Shown here: piece by piece, positions 29,017 through 38,080 of the stretch
How positions within the stretch are numbered: the first letter of the stretch is position 1
Layout: each line of letters starts with the position of its first letter
From: Desulfatiglandales bacterium
GTDB lineage: Bacteria > Desulfobacterota > DSM-4660 > Desulfatiglandales > HGW-15
Length of the DNA: 64,000 nucleotides
Direction: 5' to 3'
Assembly (NCBI GenBank): GCA_963667015.2
Contig: CAXXJJ010000003.1
Location: 1 to 64,000 of the forward strand
Notes under the pieces: model-generated
The model's database searches: none
The model's input: the letters and a program-made list of their open reading frames with translations, nothing else
What the model was told of the DNA's origin: nothing
Made by a program: the position numbers and the translations under genes

Positions 29017-30474
29017 CTACACAATATTAAACCTCTTCAGTATCCTCTCTCGCACAGCCTTCGGGTTTGCCTTTCCCCTGGTTTTTCTCATCACCTGTCC
29101 AAGCAGAAAATCTATTGGCTTTGTTTCCCCTGCCTCTAACTGTGATACGGCTTCAGGATTTTCACCTGCCACTTCGTCAAGTATACTGTCAATCAGAGAA
29201 TCATCAGACACAGGTTTCAGGTCCTTTTCCTCTACTATCTTATCAGGACCTTTTCCCGTTTCAAACATTTCAGCCAAAACCTTTTTGGCTATTGCCTCGG
29301 TAAGATCACCTTTTGCTATGAGGTTAATAAGCCTGGACATATCTTCCGGTTTTACAGGACATTCGGTTATGGAAATGGAGGCGTCTTTAAGATATCTGAA
29401 AAGTTCATTTATTATCCAGTTACCCAGCCTGCGGTTATCTTCGCATGTTTCTATGCAGGTAAGGAAATAGTCAGAAACTTCCCTGTCCTTTGTAAGGGTT
29501 ATTGCATCATTTTTAGGTATATTATATTTCTCGATTATCATGGCAAGCTTCTGATCCGGAAGCTCAGGCATTGTATCTGTAACCATGGCAACAAAATCAT
29601 CATCAAGCTCTACTTCGAGAAGGTCCGGGTCCGGAAAATACCTGTAATCCGGGGCATCTTCCTTGCTTCTCATGGGGAGCGTTATTTTTTTTGTCTCATC
29701 AAAGAGCCTTGTCTCCTGTTTTACCTCTTTCCCTGATTCAATCAGCTCCTTCTGCCGTTTAATCTCATATTCCAGGGCATCCATTATAAACCTGAAGGAC
29801 GACATATTTTTTACTTCCGCCCTGTTGCCAAACTCCATGGCACCTTTTTCCCGCAGGGATATATTTACATCGCATCTGAGCTGCCCCTTTTCCATGGCGC
29901 ATTCGCTGATTCCAATATATTTAAGTGTCTGCCTCAGCTTTTCAAGGTAGGCCTTTGCCTCGGTAAGGGATCGCATGGGGTTGCGTTCGTGATCCGTAAC
30001 AATTTCAAGCAGCGGAACACTGGACCTGTTGTAATCAACAAGGCTGTAATCCGCCTCATCAAATGAATCTGATGAATGGACCAGCTTACCTGCATCCTCC
30101 TCAAGGTGTATTCGTTTTATACCGACCTGATACGGCTGGCCATCATCACCGGGTATTTCAAGAAAACCCTCTTCGCAAAAGGGTAATTCAAACTGTGAAA
30201 TCTGATAACCCTTTGGCAGGTCAGGGTAAAAGTAATTTTTTCTGGCAAACCTTGAAAGCCTGTTAATTCGGCAGTTGAGGGCAAGACCGGCCTTTACCGA
30301 GTATTCAACAGCCTTTTTATTGAGCACCGGGAGCGCGCCCGGCTGTCCAGTACAGACGGGGCATATGGCGCTGTTTGGCGGAGCATTATATACAACCGGA
30401 CATTCGCAGAACAGTTTGGTTTTTGTGTCCAGTTCAACATGAGTTTCAAAACAAATTATAAGTTCATATTCCAT
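29017..30474 (-). CDS. gatB: Asp/Glu-tRNA amidotransferase subunit B
   Basis: RKNYFYPDLPKGYQISQ, HLEEDAGK, RSKEDAPDYRYFPDPDL. Confidence 0.98.
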   Translation of the reverse strand: MEYELIICFETHVELDTKTKLFCECPVVYNAPPNSAICPVCTGQPGALPVLNKKAVEYSVKAGLALNCRINRLSRFARKNYFYPDLPKGYQISQFELPFCEEGFLEIPGDDGQPYQVGIKRIHLEEDAGKLVHSSDSFDEADYSLVDYNRSSVPLLEIVTDHERNPMRSLTEAKAYLEKLRQTLKYIGISECAMEKGQLRCDVNISLREKGAMEFGNRAEVKNMSSFRFIMDALEYEIKRQKELIESGKEVKQETRLFDETKKITLPMRSKEDAPDYRYFPDPDLLEVELDDDFVAMVTDTMPELPDQKLAMIIEKYNIPKNDAITLTKDREVSDYFLTCIETCEDNRRLGNWIINELFRYLKDASISITECPVKPEDMSRLINLIAKGDLTEAIAKKVLAEMFETGKGPDKIVEEKDLKPVSDDSLIDSILDEVAGENPEAVSQLEAGETKPIDFLLGQVMRKTRGKANPKAVRERILKRFNIV

Positions 30475-30515
30475 CTTGATTATCCTGTAAAAGCCTTTAG
30501 CTATCAGCCTTCAGC

Positions 30516-31952
30516 CTATAGCCTGATTTTCTCATATCCGTTCGCTACACGAAGGATCATCTCTTCATCAAATGCCCTGCCTATTATCTGCATGCCAACC
30601 GGAAGACCGTTGATCTCTCCGCATTTTACGCTCATTCCGGGAAGACCTGACAGGTTGAGCGAAACAGTATATATGTCTACAAGGTACATCTGTAGTGGAT
30701 CAGCCATTTTTTCGCCTATCCTGAATGGCAGGCATGGGGTAGTCGGAGTAATAATGCAGTCAACCTTTTCAAATGCCCTGTCAAAGTCGGTTTTAATAAG
30801 GTTTCTTACCCTTTGCCCCTTGAGGTAGTAGGCATCATAATAGCCGGCGGAAAGGACATATGTCCCCAGCATAATTCTTCTTTTTACTTCACTGCCGAAT
30901 CCCCTGCTCCTGGTATTTTCATACATCATTACAGAATCATCGGAATCGACGTCAGCCCTGTAGCCGTATTTAACACCGTCATATCGTGCAAGGTTGCTGC
31001 TGGCCTCTGCAGTTGCAATAAGATAGTAACTGCTTATTGCATGTGCGGCGTGTGGCAGGGATACCTCTTCTATTTCCATGCCGTTCTTTTCAAGAAGTTT
31101 AACCGCATCCATTATTGAATCCTTGATTCCCTGATCAAGCCCCTCTATAAAATACTCCTTTGGAAGGCCTGCCTTTATCCCCTTCACACCTTTGTTAAGA
31201 GATGCGGAAAAGTCCGGTTTAACTATATCCGCAGATGTTGTATCCCGGCGGTCGTGGCCGCAGATGCTGTTTAGCATCATGGCGCAGTCTTCAGCATTCT
31301 TTCCAAGAACACCTATCTGGTCAAGGGAAGAGGCATATGAAATAAGACCGTATCTGGATACCCTTCCATAGGTCGGTTTTATTCCGGTAATACCGCAAAA
31401 TGCAGAGGGCTGCCTTATGGAGCCGCCTGTATCTGTTCCAAGGGCCATAATTGCCTCACCCGAGGCTACTGCAGCCGCAGAACCGCCGCTTGATCCTCCT
31501 GTAACACAATCTGTATTTGCCGGGTTTCTGGTTGGGCCGATTATGCTGTTTTCCGTTGAGGAGCCCATTCCGAATTCATCAAGGTTTGTCTTTCCTGTAA
31601 TAACCGCTCCATCAGAAATTGCCCTTTGAACAGCAGTTGCATTGTATGTGGGGATATAGTTTTCAAGTATCTTTGAGGCACATGTTGTCTTTATGCCCTG
31701 AGTACAGAGGTTATCCTTTAATGCAATGGGAATTCCGTTCAATGGTGATGTTGCCTCACCTCTGGCAAACCTTTTGTCTGCCTCATCCGCCTGCCTGAGG
31801 GCAGTATCCATTGTTTTTGTTATATAGGCGTTTATGGATACTTCCCTTTCATCTATCCTCTTAAAAACAGATTCCGTCACCTCTCTTGAGCTGACCTCAC
31901 GCTTTTTCAGTAACTGTGCAAGTTCTACTGCACTTTTATCACATAAATCCAT
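30516..31952 (-). CDS. gatA: Asp/Glu-tRNA amidotransferase subunit A
   Basis: GKTNLDEFGMGSSTENS, GGSSGGS, GTDTGGSIRQP, EVKRRIMLGTYVLSAGYYDAYY. Confidence 0.98.
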   Translation of the reverse strand: MDLCDKSAVELAQLLKKREVSSREVTESVFKRIDEREVSINAYITKTMDTALRQADEADKRFARGEATSPLNGIPIALKDNLCTQGIKTTCASKILENYIPTYNATAVQRAISDGAVITGKTNLDEFGMGSSTENSIIGPTRNPANTDCVTGGSSGGSAAAVASGEAIMALGTDTGGSIRQPSAFCGITGIKPTYGRVSRYGLISYASSLDQIGVLGKNAEDCAMMLNSICGHDRRDTTSADIVKPDFSASLNKGVKGIKAGLPKEYFIEGLDQGIKDSIMDAVKLLEKNGMEIEEVSLPHAAHAISSYYLIATAEASSNLARYDGVKYGYRADVDSDDSVMMYENTRSRGFGSEVKRRIMLGTYVLSAGYYDAYYLKGQRVRNLIKTDFDRAFEKVDCIITPTTPCLPFRIGEKMADPLQMYLVDIYTVSLNLSGLPGMSVKCGEINGLPVGMQIIGRAFDEEMILRVANGYEKIRL

Positions 31953-31953
31953 A

Positions 31954-34125
31954 TTAATTCCCCTCCAGTATCTTCGGAACCCTGTAATATGCCTCTTCCC
32001 GCTCCGGGGCATTATTTAACAGTTCCAGGGGATTTTCTCTTTCCACTGGCGTGTCATCCCTCCAAACATTCTTTATATCAAGTACGTGGCTCATGGGCGC
32101 TATATCCGTTGTGTCTAAATCCTCGAGCGCAGCAGCATAATCAAGTATCGAGTTCAGATCAGCCCCGTATTTTTCTGTCTCTTCATCAGTTAAACTGAGG
32201 CGGGCAAGTTTTGCAACGTGTTTTACTTCATCAATAGTGATCTTTTCTTTCCCCGGTCTGATCTTGCCGTCAGTTCCTTCACCATTGGAATCACCTTCCT
32301 GTAATGCAGATATTACTCCCTTAAGTCCGCCCATAAGACCCAGTTCGTCAAGCTGGGATTTATCAGCAAGGTTTGGAGCCCTGGTTAATGGGCAGAAGGC
32401 CCTCCTGTTTTTGGGGAAGGCAATAACATCCCTTATCGAGGATGTATTAAGTATCATTGAAATAACCCTGTCTATTCCAAGTGCAAGCCCTGCGTGCGGA
32501 GGTGCACCATATTCCAGTGCTCTCAGGAAAAAGCCGAACTTTGTCTCCGCTTCATCCTGACTCAGGCCCAGTGCCCTGAATATCTTTTTCTGGACATTCA
32601 TATCGTGTATACGGATGCTTCCCCCTCCCAGCTCTTCGCCGTTCATGACAAGGTCATATGCCCTTGAATTGAGGGACAGAAGTTCTTCTATATTTTCAGG
32701 GTCAAAATCCGTCTGGTCAGGCATTGTAAATGGGTGATGCTGTGAACTGGGGGAACCGTCCTTCAGCTCAAAGAGCGGAAAGTCTGTCACCCATACAGGG
32801 CAGTAGGTATCCTTCGGTATCAGGTTGTAACGGTTTGCAACATGGAGCCTGAGATCACATAACACCTTGTTTACAAGGTCGATATCAGTATCGGCTATAA
32901 ACATCAGAACATCCCCGTCTTCGGCCCCGAATCGGTCAATAAGGGCTTTTTGTTCTGCCTTGCTGAAGAACTGAACAATATTAGACTGGAGTTCCCCGTC
33001 CATTACCTTCATCCAGGTCATGCCTTTTGCACCGAAGGTCTGGACAATCTTCATGGCATATTCGTTTTGAAGCACATTTTTGCTGAGTGCCTCTGCCATG
33101 TCCTTTACGCAAAAGCCTTTAATAACACCCTTCTTTTTAATTATCTGTTTGAAAATACTGTATTTTGTGTCTGAAAGAATATCCGTTACATCCTCAAAGG
33201 TCATTCCGAACCTGATGTCCGGGCGGTCTATGCCGTATTTGTCAATTGCAGTCTTATATGTCATTCGCGGAAACGGCCGTGAAAGTTCAATGCCTCCAAT
33301 GGAAAACATCTGAACTGTAAGTTCTTCGATAAGCTCATATATGAATTCCTCATCTATAAATGAGGCTTCCATATCAAGTTGTGTAAATTCGGGCTGTCGG
33401 TTTGGCCTCAGGTCTTCATCCCTGAAACAACGGGCTATCTGAAAATACCTGTCCATCCCGCTCATCATCAAAAGCTGCTTAAATAGCTGGGGCGACTGGG
33501 GCAGGGCATAAAATTTCCCCTGGTGGACCCGGCTTGGAACAAGATAATCCCTTGCCCCTTCGGGTGTGCTCCTGGTCAGAAAAGGGGTTTCAATTTCATA
33601 GAAATTATTGGCATCAAGAAATGCCCTGATACATTTCAATATTTCATACCGTTTGATAAACAGATGCTGCATTGAAGGGCGTCTGAGGTCAAGGTATCTG
33701 TATTGCAGGCGCAGGTCTTCATCAACATTTTCCGGGCCGCCCGATATATCTTCTCCAAGCACCATTGCCTTTTCTGATATACGAAAGGGCAGTGTCTTTG
33801 ACCCGGATAATATCTTAAGACCTGTTGCATTAACCTCGATATTTCCGGTTTTAATGTTTGGGTTCTCTGTTCCCTGTTCTCTTTTAACTACCTTGCCCTT
33901 TACTTCGACAACAAACTCTTCCCGCAGAGATGTTGCCATATCATAACACTCTTTATTTTTTTCAGAGGAAAAAACAACCTGTACAATACCCCTGATATCC
34001 CTAAGGTGTATAAATAGTACATTCCCGTGATCACGTATTGCATCAACCCAGCCCAGGAGTAAAATCTCCCTCCCGCTGTCAGATGATCGGACATCTCCGC
34101 AATATATTCTTTCTTTCCAGTTCAT
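31954..34125 (-). CDS. aspS: Non-discriminating aspartyl-tRNA synthetase fused to C-terminal GatC
   Basis: TPEGARDYLVPSR, QSPQLFKQ, GAPPHAGLALGIDR, IAFPK; then ITIDEVKHVAKLARL...NVWRDD...NAPEREEAYYRVPKI. Confidence 0.96.
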   Translation of the reverse strand: MNWKERIYCGDVRSSDSGREILLLGWVDAIRDHGNVLFIHLRDIRGIVQVVFSSEKNKECYDMATSLREEFVVEVKGKVVKREQGTENPNIKTGNIEVNATGLKILSGSKTLPFRISEKAMVLGEDISGGPENVDEDLRLQYRYLDLRRPSMQHLFIKRYEILKCIRAFLDANNFYEIETPFLTRSTPEGARDYLVPSRVHQGKFYALPQSPQLFKQLLMMSGMDRYFQIARCFRDEDLRPNRQPEFTQLDMEASFIDEEFIYELIEELTVQMFSIGGIELSRPFPRMTYKTAIDKYGIDRPDIRFGMTFEDVTDILSDTKYSIFKQIIKKKGVIKGFCVKDMAEALSKNVLQNEYAMKIVQTFGAKGMTWMKVMDGELQSNIVQFFSKAEQKALIDRFGAEDGDVLMFIADTDIDLVNKVLCDLRLHVANRYNLIPKDTYCPVWVTDFPLFELKDGSPSSQHHPFTMPDQTDFDPENIEELLSLNSRAYDLVMNGEELGGGSIRIHDMNVQKKIFRALGLSQDEAETKFGFFLRALEYGAPPHAGLALGIDRVISMILNTSSIRDVIAFPKNRRAFCPLTRAPNLADKSQLDELGLMGGLKGVISALQEGDSNGEGTDGKIRPGKEKITIDEVKHVAKLARLSLTDEETEKYGADLNSILDYAAALEDLDTTDIAPMSHVLDIKNVWRDDTPVERENPLELLNNAPEREEAYYRVPKILEGN

Positions 34126-34295
34126 AATTTAATTACCTATCTGTTGACTGATCTTTTTCTCCCTGAGAGGAAAAAGGTGTATAACATAATTTGAACTGAA
34201 AAACATAGCCTATAGTTACTATATTATCAAGGTTATCTTGAATGATTGAGAAAATATTTGACAAAGGAGTATCCCTTTGTTATTAGACTTTGTTC

Positions 34296-34382
34296 CGTAC
34301 AAAGACGTACGATTTAAAGAATTTTAAAAAATGACAAAGACGTCGATCTCATGATTCAAGTGGGAGGCGTCTTTTTTGTTTT
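34296..34382 (+). promoter_or_regulatory. ANTAR-type dual-hairpin antitermination leader
   Basis: CGTAC-AAAGAC-GTACG and GAC-AAAGAC-GTC hexaloops (A1, G4); the second overlaps the 5' arm of terminator AAAGACGTC...GGCGTCTTTTTTGTTTT. Confidence 0.8.
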
Positions 34383-34619
34383 ATGTAGATACAATAATGG
34401 ATAGATAAAATTGATTCAAATATTGTCTGATCAGTACCGATTGCTGTTTTAAGCACTTAAGAATCCCGCCATCAGGTTGTATCTGCCTGAATTCAATTGC
34501 AAATTGCCTTGAATAGGTATAGGATATCTACTTTGCTTTGGGTCTGAACAAATGGGAAATCGGTTTTATTAATTCCTGATTGTATAACCATTTCGGAGCC
34601 GGTTAGAAAGGAAAACAAT

Positions 34620-35039
34620 ATGGAGAATGAACAGAAGCGTAATCTTGCGGTATTTTACTGCCGGAACGTTCCTGAAAGTAATGAAAATGCCAGAAGGAAA
34701 CTTGAAAAAAAATACGGTCCCTCAGTAAAATTTTTTCCTGTAGTGTGCAGTGGCAGAATGGATATGATTCATCTTTTAAAGGCACTGGAAGACTTCGCAG
34801 ATGCGGCATATATCGTTACATGTCCCGAAGGAACATGCCGGTATTTTGAAGGAAACCTAAGAGCCAAAAAGAGAGTCCAGAAGGCAAAAAGTATAATCGA
34901 GAGCATTGGCCTTGAAAAAGAGCGAATCGATATAATAATCGGGTCGGTAAAAGATACTAAAACCCTTGAGGCACAGGTAGAGGAGATAGTAAGTCGAACA
35001 GCCAGTTTATCTCAGTCGCCTGTTCATACAAAAAAGTAG
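34620..35039 (+). CDS. mvhD: MvhD-like [2Fe-2S] subunit
   Basis: FYC, PVVCSGR, CPEGTCRYFEGNLRA, IGLEKERI. Confidence 0.88.
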   Translation: MENEQKRNLAVFYCRNVPESNENARRKLEKKYGPSVKFFPVVCSGRMDMIHLLKALEDFADAAYIVTCPEGTCRYFEGNLRAKKRVQKAKSIIESIGLEKERIDIIIGSVKDTKTLEAQVEEIVSRTASLSQSPVHTKK

Positions 35040-35071
35040 TTTATTAATTTTTAATTATCTGGAGAAGAACA

Positions 35072-35740
35072 ATGATAACGGCGGAACAGAAACCTATTGA
35101 TGAAATAAGGGAGATGATTGCCCCCTACAAGCGTATTCTGGTTGTCGGATGCGGTTCCTGTGTCGCGGAATGCGCAGCAGGAGGGCAGAAAGAGACAGCC
35201 CTTTTGGCTTCAGCCCTTCGCATGGCTGACAAAATGGATGGGCAGGAAAGAGTCATAGATGAGCTTACCCTTGACCGGCAGTGCGTGAAAGAATTTGTAA
35301 TCAAACTTGACGATTATGTAAAAGATTACGATCTTATCCTTTCGCTTGGATGCGGAGCCGGTGTCCAGGCAGTTGCAACCATGTATCCTGAAATTCCTAT
35401 CGCCCCGGCCCTTAATACCGAATTCCTGGGAGAAACCAGGGATCAGGGATTATGGATCGAAAACTGCCAGGGATGCGGAGACTGTATGCTGTTTTATTTT
35501 GGCGGTGTCTGTCCTATCACCAGGTGTTCCAAACAGCTTTTAAATGGTCCCTGCGGCGGATCAAAGAATGGTATTTGTGAGGTTAACCCGGAAACACCCT
35601 GTGCCTGGCAGGAAATTATTGACAGACTTTCATCCTTTAATGCGCTGGATAAACTTGAGATGATCTATCCGCCAAAGGACTGGTCCAAAAAACAGGGAAG
35701 CGGACCCAGAAAGATAGTAAGGGAGGATCAGCAAAAGTGA
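35072..35740 (+). CDS. metV: MetV, FeS/zinc-finger partner of methylene-THF reductase
   Basis: GCGSCVAEC..GG, CGAGVQ, CQGCGDC...GGVCPITRCSKQLLNGPCGG, CEV..ETPCAW. Confidence 0.9.
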   Translation: MITAEQKPIDEIREMIAPYKRILVVGCGSCVAECAAGGQKETALLASALRMADKMDGQERVIDELTLDRQCVKEFVIKLDDYVKDYDLILSLGCGAGVQAVATMYPEIPIAPALNTEFLGETRDQGLWIENCQGCGDCMLFYFGGVCPITRCSKQLLNGPCGGSKNGICEVNPETPCAWQEIIDRLSSFNALDKLEMIYPPKDWSKKQGSGPRKIVREDQQK

Positions 35741-36654
35741 CAGTAAACAGCAATCTTAAAAAAGTACTTGAAGGCGGTGGATTTGCAGTAACTGCTGAGT
35801 GCGGCCCACCAAAGGGTGCAGATCCCGAAGTAATATTGAAAAAGGCCGAGCTCTTAAAGGGCAAGGTTGATGCAGTTAATGTAACCGATAACCAGACAGC
35901 CATCGTCAGGATGTCAAGCCTTGCTACATGCAGCCTTTTACTAAAGGCAGGTCTTGAGCCTGTTTTCCAGATGGTTGTAAGGGACAGGAACAGGATAGCC
36001 CTTCAGTCTGATATCCTGGGTGCTGCTGCAATAGGTATAAATAATGTTTTATGTCTGTCCGGCGATCACCAGATATTTGGTAATCAGCCGCAATCCATGG
36101 GTGTTTTTGATCTCGACTCTGTACAGTTTTTAAATGTAGTTAAAAATATGAGGGACAACGGCAAGCTGCTCGGCGGAGAAGAACTTACAAAATCTCCCGA
36201 GATGTTCATCGGCGCAGCAGCCAATCCATTTGCAGATCCTTTTGAGTTCAGGATTGTAAGACTTGCCAAAAAGATAGCTGCCGGTGCCGATTTTATTCAG
36301 ACACAGTGCATCTACAATATTGAAAAGTTTGAAAAGTGGCTGAAAATGGCCGCGGACAGGGGCCTGACTGAGAAGGCCTATATCCTGGGAGGTGTAACAC
36401 CCTTAAAATCAGCCGGTATGGCGAAGTATATGAACAATAAAGTAGCGGGAATGGATGTTCCTGAAGAGATAATCAAGAGAATGGAAGGCGTCGCCAAGGA
36501 CAGGCAGAAAGAAGAGGGCATTAAAATCTGTGTTGAAACCATTCAGAAACTGAAAGAAATGGACGGAGTCAAAGGCGTTCATATCATGGCAATTGAATGG
36601 GAAGAAGCTGTTGGTGAAATCGCTGAAAAGGCTGGATTGCTGCCCAGACCTTAA
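35737..36654 (+). CDS. metF: Methylenetetrahydrofolate reductase
   Basis: AVNVTDNQ, RDRNRIALQSD, LSGDH, KKIAAGADFIQTQ, GVHIMA. Confidence 0.95.
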   Translation: MTVNSNLKKVLEGGGFAVTAECGPPKGADPEVILKKAELLKGKVDAVNVTDNQTAIVRMSSLATCSLLLKAGLEPVFQMVVRDRNRIALQSDILGAAAIGINNVLCLSGDHQIFGNQPQSMGVFDLDSVQFLNVVKNMRDNGKLLGGEELTKSPEMFIGAAANPFADPFEFRIVRLAKKIAAGADFIQTQCIYNIEKFEKWLKMAADRGLTEKAYILGGVTPLKSAGMAKYMNNKVAGMDVPEEIIKRMEGVAKDRQKEEGIKICVETIQKLKEMDGVKGVHIMAIEWEEAVGEIAEKAGLLPRP

Positions 36655-36682
36655 TAAAGAAAAGACTTGGAGAAGTAATAGC

Positions 36683-38080
36683 ATGCCATCTAAATATGTG
36701 ATTCATGTAAAGCAGACCGGGCACCGGTTTGAGCCGGTGACTAAATCAGGTATCATTGCCTGGGAAGAGGGCTGTCTTAAATGTGCTGTCTGTGTAAAAA
36801 CAGAGTGTGTTTACGGGGTCTATGACAAGAGAAACCTCAACGCAAGACAGATGATTGACTCCATTGATAACAAATGTATGAACTGTTTTCGGTGCGTGCA
36901 GAACTGTCCGAATCAGCTTATACAGAAAGCAATTAACCCCGAGTTCATTGAAATGGGTGATACCCACTGGACTCCTGACATAATAGCCCGCCTGTGGTAT
37001 CAGGCTGAAACTGGAAAAATCCCGGTGTCAGGAGCAGGATATCCCGGACCCTTTACCGGACCCGGATTTGATTCCATGTGGACAGATATGTCGGAGATTG
37101 TCCGTCCCACAAGGGATGGTATCCATGGAAGAGAGTATATCAGTACTTCGGTAGATATAGGCAGAACCCCAAAGAGCCTTGTTTTCGATAAAACAGGTAA
37201 AATGGTAAAAAATGACGCAGGATTTATTGATATTCCTATTCCTGTTATCATGAGGGTTCCCGATTTCGGTTCAATAAGCGAAAAGACCCTGAAGGGCTGG
37301 CTTTCTGCAGCAAAACGACTGGAAACACTTCTCGCTCTTCCTGTAAAGTATCTGACCTCAGAGCTTTCGACGATGAGTCCATACATTGTACCCATTATTT
37401 CAGCAGGTGATATGGCACTGGTAGACAGGAACGATAATGTCAGACTGGTTGAATATATCTGGGATGAAAAAGGCAGGGAGAATGTTGAAAAACTGAGGGA
37501 GTTATTTCCATCAGCCCTTGTTTCCGCGCGACTTGATCTCAAGGGTGATTATGAGAAAACTGCCAGGGAAATACTTGAGGCCGGTTGCTCCATAATAAAT
37601 CTTGAAGGCAGTTATAACGGCAGGGTAAGGGATGATGAATCCCAATATATGAAAGATGCAGTAAGATCCGTTCATCTTTTATTTGTTGATGAAGGTATCC
37701 GAGATGAAATTACTATCATGGCGAGCGGCGGTTTTGCCATGGCAGAGCATGTTGCGAAATCCATCATTTGCGGAGCTGATGCAGTATTTGTTGATTTCCC
37801 AATCCTGATAGCCCTTGAGTGCAGGATGTGCCACAGATGTGAACAGGAATTACCATGCCCCGTAGAAATTGAAAATGCATCAATAAAATGGGTTGCAGAA
37901 AGAACCATTAACATAATCGGTGCATGGCATAACCAGCTTCTGGAAGTTATGGGTGCCATGGGAATCAGGGATGTCAGGCGTCTGCGCGGTGAGGTAGGAA
38001 GAGCAATGTTTTATGAAAGCCTGGATGAAAAGATATTTGGCTCTCTGAATAAAGTGGAGGAGGAGTTTGACCTTGAGTGA
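36683..38080 (+). CDS. Glutamate-synthase-related ferredoxin + FMN-barrel protein (degenerate paralogue)
   Basis: CLKCAVC, CMNCFRCVQNCP, ASGG..AKSIICGADAV, CRMCHRC...CP; lacks QGAKPG. Confidence 0.8.
   Translation: MPSKYVIHVKQTGHRFEPVTKSGIIAWEEGCLKCAVCVKTECVYGVYDKRNLNARQMIDSIDNKCMNCFRCVQNCPNQLIQKAINPEFIEMGDTHWTPDIIARLWYQAETGKIPVSGAGYPGPFTGPGFDSMWTDMSEIVRPTRDGIHGREYISTSVDIGRTPKSLVFDKTGKMVKNDAGFIDIPIPVIMRVPDFGSISEKTLKGWLSAAKRLETLLALPVKYLTSELSTMSPYIVPIISAGDMALVDRNDNVRLVEYIWDEKGRENVEKLRELFPSALVSARLDLKGDYEKTAREILEAGCSIINLEGSYNGRVRDDESQYMKDAVRSVHLLFVDEGIRDEITIMASGGFAMAEHVAKSIICGADAVFVDFPILIALECRMCHRCEQELPCPVEIENASIKWVAERTINIIGAWHNQLLEVMGAMGIRDVRRLRGEVGRAMFYESLDEKIFGSLNKVEEEFDLE

Noticed and set aside
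30491..30526. Heptamer-like repeats (AGCCTTT/AGCTATC/AGCCTTC) and similar run at 44120-44195
   Set aside because: Short degenerate intergenic repeats with no further structure to support a function.
34620..35039. Selenocysteine in MvhD
   Set aside because: All conserved positions are Cys codons; no in-frame TGA.
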